A stretch of DNA of 64,000 bases from an uncultured Syntrophaceae bacterium (GTDB lineage Bacteria > Desulfobacterota > Syntrophia > Syntrophales > UBA4778): NCBI GenBank assembly GCA_964597995.1, contig CAZRAC010000002.1:51-64050 (forward strand), written 5' to 3'. Made by a program: the position numbers and the translations under genes. The stretch's first letter is position 1, and every line of letters starts with the position of its first letter. The notes under the pieces are model-generated. The model saw only the letters and a program-made list of their open reading frames with translations. It made no database searches and was not told the DNA's origin. Below, one piece after another: positions 57,915-64,000 of this stretch.

Positions 57915-58978
57915 AGGTGCTGCGGGAAGGTTTCACGACCGGGACCTGCGCCGCGGCGGCGGCAAAGGCGGCCGCCCTTCTCCTTGCCGGGAAGGGGAGG
58001 CCGGAGAGCGTTGATGTCTTTCTCCCCGACGGGGAACGAGTGACGCTTCCTGTCCTCTATGCGAGGAAGAAGGGGGCTGCGGCTGTGGCTGCGGTCCGCA
58101 AGGACGCCGGTGACGACCCAGATATCACCGACGGGTGCACTATCGTCGCTTCGGTGTCATGGGATGCAGGGGATGATGCGGGGGGCGTTGTCATCGAGGC
58201 GGGTGAGGGCGTGGGGGTGGTAACGAAGCCGGGGCTCTCGGTTGCGCCCGGGGAGGCCGCAGTGAACCCCGTCCCGCGCAGGATGATCGGGGAGGCCCTC
58301 CGCAGCGTCACAGACCGGGGCGTGCGGGTCACCCTCTCGATCCCCGGGGGAGAGACGCTCGCAGTGAAGACCTTCAACCCCCGGCTGGGAATCGCAGGCG
58401 GTCTCTCGATCCTCGGCACGTCGGGGCGCGTGCGTCCCTTCAGTTGTCCGGCGCTCCGGGCGTCTTTGCAGTGCCTCCTCGCGATGACGGCGGCGAGCGG
58501 CGTCACCGCCCCCGTCCTTGTGCCCGGGCGGATCGGAAAGCGGGCGGCGAAGAGGCACTTCCGGGTGGGATGCGGGCAGGTGGTGGAGGTAGGCAATGAG
58601 TGGGGCTTCGTCCTCGACCTCTTCCGGGAATATTCTTTCTACTCCCTGCTCGTTCTGGGCCATCCGGGCAAGCTGGCGAAGCTGGCCTTCGGCCGGTGGG
58701 ATACCCATTCGTCGCGCTCCGAGAGCGCCGCGGCGGGGGTCGCCGATGTCGCGGCGAGGACACTGAAACGGACGGTAGCGGATTCCAGGACGGTGGAGGG
58801 GGTCTTTTCCCTCCTCGAGCCCAGGGAGAGAGAACAAGTCGGGAACGTCCTTGCCGGGATGGTCCGCCGGGCCGTCGGGGAAAGGGTCGGCCGGGGAGTG
58901 GAGACGGCGGTCGTCCTTGTGGACATGAAGGGCGATATCATCGGGAGGGAGGGGGACCTGAAGCCATGGCAGCTGTGA
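57911..58978 (+). CDS. cbiD: Cobalt-precorrin-5B (C1)-methyltransferase
   Basis: 355 aa. The N-terminus LREGFTTGTCAAAAAKAA is the CbiD signature. Confidence 0.88.
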   Translation: MKVLREGFTTGTCAAAAAKAAALLLAGKGRPESVDVFLPDGERVTLPVLYARKKGAAAVAAVRKDAGDDPDITDGCTIVASVSWDAGDDAGGVVIEAGEGVGVVTKPGLSVAPGEAAVNPVPRRMIGEALRSVTDRGVRVTLSIPGGETLAVKTFNPRLGIAGGLSILGTSGRVRPFSCPALRASLQCLLAMTAASGVTAPVLVPGRIGKRAAKRHFRVGCGQVVEVGNEWGFVLDLFREYSFYSLLVLGHPGKLAKLAFGRWDTHSSRSESAAAGVADVAARTLKRTVADSRTVEGVFSLLEPREREQVGNVLAGMVRRAVGERVGRGVETAVVLVDMKGDIIGREGDLKPWQL

Positions 58979-59613
58979 AACAGCATCCGATAATCATTGC
59001 CGGCTGCGGTCCGGGCTCCCCCGATTTCCTCGCGCCGACGGTACGGAGGGCCGTCGAGGGGGCAGAGGTCCTCGTCGGGGCGAGGCGGCTTCTCGACCTC
59101 TTTCCCGAAAGCGCGGCCGAGAAGATCGCCGTGGGCGCCGACGTCGAGCAAGCCCTCCGGGCGATAGACGAGCGGAGGAGCGACAAGAAAATCGTTGTCC
59201 TCGTAACGGGCGACCCGGGCCTCTGCAGCTTGGCCCGGCCGGTCGTCGACCGTTTCGGCCGCGATGCCTGTCTGGTCATCCCTGGCGTCAGTTCCGTGCA
59301 GGCGGCCTTCGCCAGGCTGGGGCTCGACTGGACGGACGCGAGGATTATCGACGCCCACCGGGAAGACCCGGCCGCTGTGCCGGAGGGCCTCCGCGGGGTG
59401 GCGAAGATAGCGGTCCTTGCGGGGAGACAGGAGGCCTTTCGCTGGGTTGCCGGGCTTGCGGAGGCGGTCGGGGAAGGCTACCGGATTTACGCCTGCGAAG
59501 ACCTGACCCTGCCCGGCGAGAGGGTGAGGGAGGTCGGGAAGAAAGACTTAGACGTCCTTCGTTTTTCACCGCGGTGCGTCGTTCTCTTCCTGCGGGAGGA
59601 TGTCCTGAGATGA
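58966..59613 (+). CDS. cbiE: Cobalt-precorrin-7 (C5)-methyltransferase (CbiE only)
   Basis: Internal ATG at 58966 (MAAVKQHPIIIAGCGPGSPDFL). It has a tetrapyrrole methylase fold and is 215 aa with no CbiT module attached. Confidence 0.78.
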   Translation: MAAVKQHPIIIAGCGPGSPDFLAPTVRRAVEGAEVLVGARRLLDLFPESAAEKIAVGADVEQALRAIDERRSDKKIVVLVTGDPGLCSLARPVVDRFGRDACLVIPGVSSVQAAFARLGLDWTDARIIDAHREDPAAVPEGLRGVAKIAVLAGRQEAFRWVAGLAEAVGEGYRIYACEDLTLPGERVREVGKKDLDVLRFSPRCVVLFLREDVLR

Positions 59614-60335
59614 AGTCTGGGACCCTTTACGGAATCGGCGTCGGCCCCGGCGACCCCGAGCTCATCACCGTCAAGGGGGCGGCCATCCTGTCTCGTTGCC
59701 GCCGTATCTTCGTGCCCAGGGCGCGGTCGGCGGCGGAAAGCCTCGCCCTCGCCATCGCCGAGCAGTACGTGGACGGCGCCGCGGAGATAACGGAGCTCTT
59801 CTTCCCCATGACGGCAGACAAGGAAGAGCTGTCTCGGCGCTGGGGTGAGGCGGCCGAGGCGGTCGCCGCGGCCCTCAGTACGGGGGAGGACGCCTGTTTC
59901 CTGACCCTGGGCGACCCCCTGCTGTACTCCACGTACATCTACCTCCTGCGGGAAATCCGGGCGCGGATGCCTGATGCAACCGTCGTCACGGTGCCCGGTG
60001 TCACGTCTTTCAGCGCCGCCGCCGCCCTTTCCGGGTTCGCCGTCGGCGAAGGAAGGGCGCCCGTGACGGTCGTGCCCGCCGCGGACGACATGGACGGTAT
60101 CCGCCGTGCCCTCGCGAACGGGGGAACGGTCGTCATCATGAAGGTCGGGGCGCGTCTCCCGGAAATCCTCGACCTGCTGGAAGAGGCGGGCGTGGCGGAG
60201 GGGGCCGTTTTTGTCTCCCGCGCCGGACTCGAAGGGCAGAGGGTGGTGACGGATGTCCGCAGTCTGAGGGGAGAGGGAGAAGAGGCAGGCTATCTTTCGG
60301 TCATTCTCGTCCATGCGGAGGGCGGTAGGCGATGA
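59610..60335 (+). CDS. cbiL: Cobalt-factor II (precorrin-2) C20-methyltransferase
   Basis: The ATG at 59610 forms an ATGA overlap. LYGIGVGPGDPELITVKG is present and the protein is CbiL/CobI-like. Confidence 0.82.
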   Translation: MKSGTLYGIGVGPGDPELITVKGAAILSRCRRIFVPRARSAAESLALAIAEQYVDGAAEITELFFPMTADKEELSRRWGEAAEAVAAALSTGEDACFLTLGDPLLYSTYIYLLREIRARMPDATVVTVPGVTSFSAAAALSGFAVGEGRAPVTVVPAADDMDGIRRALANGGTVVIMKVGARLPEILDLLEEAGVAEGAVFVSRAGLEGQRVVTDVRSLRGEGEEAGYLSVILVHAEGGRR

Positions 60336-61093
60336 AGGTATACTTTATCGGGGCCGGTCCCGGCGACCCCGAGCTTTTGACACTGAAGGCGCGCCGACTC
60401 CTCGGCGATTGCCGGGTCTGCGTCTTTGCCGGGTCGCTGGTTAGTCCCGGTGTGATGGCCCTCGTCAACCCCGGGGCCGAGCTTCACGACTCGGCGAAGA
60501 TGTCGCTTGAGGAGATAACGGCCGTCTTCCGGGACGCTCAAGGAAGAGGCATCGACGTCGTCAGGCTGCACTCGGGCGACCCCTCGCTCTACGGCGCCAT
60601 CCGGGAGCAGATGAACCGGCTCGACCGCCTCGGGGTCGGTTACGAGGTCGTTCCGGGCGTGAGCGCCTTTCAGGCCGCCGCGGCGGCGTTGAAGACGGAG
60701 CTGACGGCGCCGGAGGTCGCCCAGACGGTCATCCTCACCCGCACCTCCGGCAGGACCCCCCTTCCCGCGAAGCAGCAACTGGAGAGGCTCGCCGAGACGG
60801 GGGCGACGCTTTGCATTTTTCTTTCCGGGACGAAGGTCGAGGAGACGGCGGCGACGCTCGTGCCGTACTACGGTCCGGATTGCCCCGCCGCCGTCGTCTA
60901 CCACGCCTCCTGGCCCGACGAGAAGCTCGTGGAGGGGACGCTCGCGGACATCGCCGATAAGGCGAGGCGGGCGGGGACGGGTCAGACCTCGATCATCATA
61001 GTGGGTCGTGCCCTTGCGCGCGACTTGCCCGACTCGCGGCTCTATGCCGCGACGTTCGGCCATCAGCACCGCAAGGCGCGGGAGGAACCATGA
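60332..61093 (+). CDS. cbiF: Cobalt-precorrin-4 C11-methyltransferase
   Basis: 253 aa. MKVYFIGAGPGDPELLTLKA ... VRLHSGDPSLYGA is CbiF/CobM-like. Confidence 0.85.
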   Translation: MKVYFIGAGPGDPELLTLKARRLLGDCRVCVFAGSLVSPGVMALVNPGAELHDSAKMSLEEITAVFRDAQGRGIDVVRLHSGDPSLYGAIREQMNRLDRLGVGYEVVPGVSAFQAAAAALKTELTAPEVAQTVILTRTSGRTPLPAKQQLERLAETGATLCIFLSGTKVEETAATLVPYYGPDCPAAVVYHASWPDEKLVEGTLADIADKARRAGTGQTSIIIVGRALARDLPDSRLYAATFGHQHRKAREEP

Positions 61094-61884
61094 GGACGGC
61101 CGTCATCACCCTCTCGCAAGAGGGCGCCCGTGTCGCGGCACGGCTGGCGCGTCGGCTGGAGGACGCCTGCCTCTACGTGCACGATAGCGCGGGTGCGCCG
61201 GAAGAAGGATTCCCCGGTGCCCGGATGTTCGGCGGTGTTATGGAACTTACGGCGGAGATCTTCCATCGCTGCGACGCCCTCGTCTACGTGGCGCCCTGCG
61301 GTGTCGCTGTCAGGGCGACAGCGGCGCACCTGAGAGACAAGAGAGAAGATCCCGCTGTCGTCGTCGTGGACGTCGGCGGCCGGTATGCCGTGAGCCTGGC
61401 CGGCGGTCATGAGGGCGGGGCGAACGAGTTGGCCCTCCGGGTGGCGAACATCATCGGGGCCGAGCCCGTCATAACCACGACGACGGAGGCCCTCAAGGAC
61501 CTTATCGTTGGGGTTGGCTGTCGGCGGGGCGTGAAGGCGGAAAAGGTGACGCGGGCGGTGGAAGAGGCCCTCGAGCTGGCGGGGGGGGCGCTGTCCCGGG
61601 TGCGGTGGCTCGCCTCGGCCGACATCAAAGCAGAGGAAGAGGGATTGATCGAGGCCGCCGCCCGTCTCGGAATTCCCCTTCGCTTCATAAGTTCTCAGGA
61701 GATAAGGTCGGCGGCCTTTTCCTTCACGAGGTCCGAATTTGTGGAAAAGCAAGTAAACCTGCCGGCGGTTGCGGAACCGGCAGCCCTGCTCGCAGGAAGG
61801 AGGACGAGATTAATACTTCCCAGGACAGTCCTGCACGGCGTTACGGTCGCCGTGGCAAGGGAAAGCTTTTTGTGGTCGGAATAG
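61090..61884 (+). CDS. cbiG: Cobalt-precorrin-5A hydrolase
   Basis: 264 aa with CbiG N- and C-domain patterns (VITLSQEGARVA ... IVGVGCRRG ... ASADIKAEEEGL). Confidence 0.8.
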   Translation: MRTAVITLSQEGARVAARLARRLEDACLYVHDSAGAPEEGFPGARMFGGVMELTAEIFHRCDALVYVAPCGVAVRATAAHLRDKREDPAVVVVDVGGRYAVSLAGGHEGGANELALRVANIIGAEPVITTTTEALKDLIVGVGCRRGVKAEKVTRAVEEALELAGGALSRVRWLASADIKAEEEGLIEAAARLGIPLRFISSQEIRSAAFSFTRSEFVEKQVNLPAVAEPAALLAGRRTRLILPRTVLHGVTVAVARESFLWSE

Positions 61885-62588
61885 GCCCGGGCGGGGTCTC
61901 TGACCGGACGCGGCGGGCCGAGGAAGCCATCGCCGAGAGCACCGTGGTCGTGGGCTACAGCCGTTACCTCGATCTCGTGGCGGACCTGACGGAGAGGAAA
62001 GAAGTCATCGCCACGGGGATGACGAAAGAGGTAGAGCGGTGTCGGGTCGCCCTTGAACGGGCCCGGCGCGGCGAGGTCGTCGCCCTCGTTTCCTCGGGAG
62101 ACCCGGGCATCTACGGGATGGCCGGTCTGGTGCTGGAGCTCGCCGAGAAAGAAGGAGCCTCGCCCGCCGTGGAAGTGGTACCCGGCGTGAGTTCCGTCAG
62201 CGCCGCCGCCGCGAGGCTCGGCGCCCCCCTCATGCTGGACTTTGCCTGCATCAGCCTGAGCGACCTTCTCGTCCCCTGGGAGGTGATCAGGGCGAGGCTG
62301 GAAGCGACGGCGGCGGCGGACCTCGTGGTGGCCCTCTTCAACCCCCGGAGCCGCAAGCGGGTGAAACAGGTCGAAGAGGCCGGCGCGATCTTCCTCAGGC
62401 ACAGGCCGGGGTCGACGCCGGTGGGGATCGCGACAGACCTGGGTGCGGCGGGGGAAAAGGTCGTCCTTTCCGACCTCGACCATTTTCTCGAATTCGAGAT
62501 CGGCATGCGGAGCGTCGTCATCATCGGGAATCGGTCGTCTAGGGTCATCCAGGGCCGGTTCGTCACGCCGCGGGGCTATCGGTTATGA
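61872..62588 (+). CDS. cbiH: Cobalt-precorrin-3B C17-methyltransferase
   Basis: CbiH-like (VVGIGPGG ... VVGYSRYLDL ... VSSGDPGIYGMA). The start is uncertain. The in-frame GTG at 61872 is chosen because the ORF-track ATG at 61605 would overlap cbiG by 280 nt. Confidence 0.78.
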   Translation: MVGIGPGGVSDRTRRAEEAIAESTVVVGYSRYLDLVADLTERKEVIATGMTKEVERCRVALERARRGEVVALVSSGDPGIYGMAGLVLELAEKEGASPAVEVVPGVSSVSAAAARLGAPLMLDFACISLSDLLVPWEVIRARLEATAAADLVVALFNPRSRKRVKQVEEAGAIFLRHRPGSTPVGIATDLGAAGEKVVLSDLDHFLEFEIGMRSVVIIGNRSSRVIQGRFVTPRGYRL

Positions 62589-63352
62589 TCCTTCTTCTCG
62601 GAGGCACCGCCGAAACGGGCGTCCTCGCCGGGGCCCTCACCGCAGCGGGCTACAGGGTCCTCGTCTCCACGGCGACGGAGATACCCCTGGAACTCGCCGA
62701 CATGGCAGGGGTGACCAGGCGGTCGGGGCCCCTCGACGAACAAGGCATGGCCCGGGTCATCATGGAATACGGGATCCGGGCCATCGTGGATTGCACCCAC
62801 CCCTACGCCGAGCGGGCGCGGGCGACGGCGAGGGAGGCCGCCGAGGCGGCGGGCATCCCCTACTTTACCCTGATCCGTCCGGCGGGCATCTCCGACGACG
62901 GGGACGTCGTTTTTGCGGATGACCACCGGGAGGCCGCCGCGAAGGCATTCTCTTTTGGCCGGCCGGTCTTGCTCACCACGGGTTCTCGAAACCTCGCGCC
63001 CTACGTGCATGCCTCAGGGGAGACGGGCGTCGCCCTCGTCGTTCGCGTGCTGCCCGAGGATGCGTCTCTGAAGGCCTGTGCCGCGGCCGGTATCTTGCCG
63101 CGGAACGTTGTGACCGGTCGCGGTCCCTTCTCGGTAGAAGAAAACCGGAGGGTCATCAGGGAGTTCGGGATAGGCGTCCTCGTCACCAAGGACGGCGGCG
63201 GGGCGGGAGGCATCCGGGAGAAGGTAGAGGCAGCTACGGCGGAAGGCTGCCGCATAGTGGCGCTCCGCCGTCCGCCGCGGCCGGCCCACGGTGTTTTCGA
63301 CAGTCCGCGGGAGCTCGTCGAGGCGGTCAAGGCGAAGGTTCCCCGGGAGTGA
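62585..63352 (+). CDS. cbiJ: Cobalt-precorrin-6A reductase
   Basis: 255 aa. MILLLGGTAETGVLAGAL ... VDCTHPYA ... LLTTGS is CbiJ/CobK-like. Confidence 0.82.
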   Translation: MILLLGGTAETGVLAGALTAAGYRVLVSTATEIPLELADMAGVTRRSGPLDEQGMARVIMEYGIRAIVDCTHPYAERARATAREAAEAAGIPYFTLIRPAGISDDGDVVFADDHREAAAKAFSFGRPVLLTTGSRNLAPYVHASGETGVALVVRVLPEDASLKACAAAGILPRNVVTGRGPFSVEENRRVIREFGIGVLVTKDGGGAGGIREKVEAATAEGCRIVALRRPPRPAHGVFDSPRELVEAVKAKVPRE

Positions 63353-63355
63353 GGT

Positions 63356-63961
63356 ATGGCGCGCAGGGTCTTACTTTTGCGGCACGGCGATGTCGGCGAA
63401 GAGAACCGTGGTCGCTACATCGGGAGCAGCGATGTCCCGCTGAGCGCTGCGGGTGTGCGCCGGGTTGAGGGCATGGCTGATCTTTTCCCCCGTGGGGATT
63501 CCCTCCTCTGCCTCTGCAGCCCGCTGCGACGCTGCCGGGAGACGGCCGGCGTCGTCTCTCGCGTAACCGGGCTCGATTTCGCGGTGGACCCGGACCTCCG
63601 GGAGGTCGATTTCGGTGACTGGGAGGGCAAGACCTTTGCCGAGATCAGCGAGTCCTTCCCCGCAGAGGTGGAGAAATGGAGCGCCTTCGACGGTTTTGCG
63701 TTCCCCGGGGGCGAATCGGTCGCCCATTTCCTCTCCCGGGTCCGCCGCGCCGCGGGACGGATGGCGAAGGCCCGGGAAGACACGGTCCTTGCCTGCACCC
63801 ACGGGGGCGTCATCAGGAGCCTCATCTGCCACTTTCTCGGGATACCGCCCCGGAATCACCTCCTCTTCGTCGTGGAACCGGCGTCGCTCACCACGGTCGA
63901 ACTGTACGATGGGGGTGGGGTGTTAGTGGGGCTGAACGAAACGGGACGGAGGAAGGGCTGA
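63356..63961 (+). CDS. cobC: Alpha-ribazole phosphatase / histidine phosphatase family
   Basis: 201 aa with the catalytic RHG motif (LLLRHGDV) and a second His (CTHGGVIR). It lies in a cob operon context. Confidence 0.72.
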   Translation: MARRVLLLRHGDVGEENRGRYIGSSDVPLSAAGVRRVEGMADLFPRGDSLLCLCSPLRRCRETAGVVSRVTGLDFAVDPDLREVDFGDWEGKTFAEISESFPAEVEKWSAFDGFAFPGGESVAHFLSRVRRAAGRMAKAREDTVLACTHGGVIRSLICHFLGIPPRNHLLFVVEPASLTTVELYDGGGVLVGLNETGRRKG

Positions 63962-64000
63962 TGGCAAAGGTCGTTGTCGTCACCGGTGGGAGCAGGAGCG
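63961..64000 (+). CDS. cobU: Start of adenosylcobinamide kinase/guanylyltransferase (partial, runs off the window)
   Basis: The ATG at 63961 overlaps the cobC stop (TGATG). MAKVVVVTGGSRS is the beginning of the CobU P-loop (TGG.RSGKS). Only 13 codons are visible. Confidence 0.5.
   Translation, partial: MAKVVVVTGGSRS

Noticed and set aside
1-64000. Scan for CRISPR arrays, tRNA/rRNA genes, IS elements and integrases.
   Set aside because: I found no regularly spaced direct repeats, no tRNA-like T-arm (GGTTCGAATCC-type) in the intergenic regions, and no transposase or integrase-like ORF. The islet shows no recognisable terminal direct or inverted repeats by eye.

Overview
This is a high-G+C chromosomal window (about 60-72% in hand-counted 60-nt lines) from a Gram-negative, probably anaerobic bacterium. 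Gene content and order resemble Deltaproteobacteria/Thermodesulfobacteriota-type genomes, but the taxon cannot be fixed from sequence alone. It holds about 65 genes in five blocks. (i) 41-8149, minus strand: pilC, rlmB, pyrF, rpoZ, gmk, yicC, DUF4416, heptose-7-P kinase, galE, UDP-glucuronate decarboxylase. (ii) 8349-27660, plus strand: lysS, then an ~18-kb outer-membrane/LPS supercluster lolC-lolD-bamA-skp-lpxD-lpxA-gnnA-gnnB-lpxB-msbA-lpxK-lpxL-waaF-gmhB-waaC-pagL-trm112. (iii) 27662-41211: two GT2 glycosyltransferases, O-antigen ligase, nitroreductase, gap, a GAF protein, ybaK, a TIGR01212 radical SAM gene, mnmG, a VKOR-like/thioredoxin fusion, pyrE, and a short metH lacking the activation domain. 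(iv) About 41.47-47.02 kb: a visibly lower-G+C islet (43-52% in counted lines) with one tightly coupled minus-strand operon, radical SAM enzyme -> 137-aa orphan protein -> 1344-aa NACHT/STAND NTPase. It is bordered by a truncated hsdM-like remnant and REP-like hairpins, and it sits between the two halves of a split methionine synthase. This is my top candidate for an undescribed, defence-type system. (v) 48.2-64 kb, plus strand: a cobalamin riboswitch with a terminator, then a long anaerobic cobalamin operon (cobD-cobQ fusion, cbiB, cobO, cbiA, cbiC, cbiX, cbiMNQO, cbiD, cbiE, cbiL, cbiF, cbiG, cbiH, cbiJ, cobC, start of cobU). I recognised no rRNA, tRNA, CRISPR array, transposase or integrase. 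All functional calls come from reading motifs and family signatures by eye; no database search was run.
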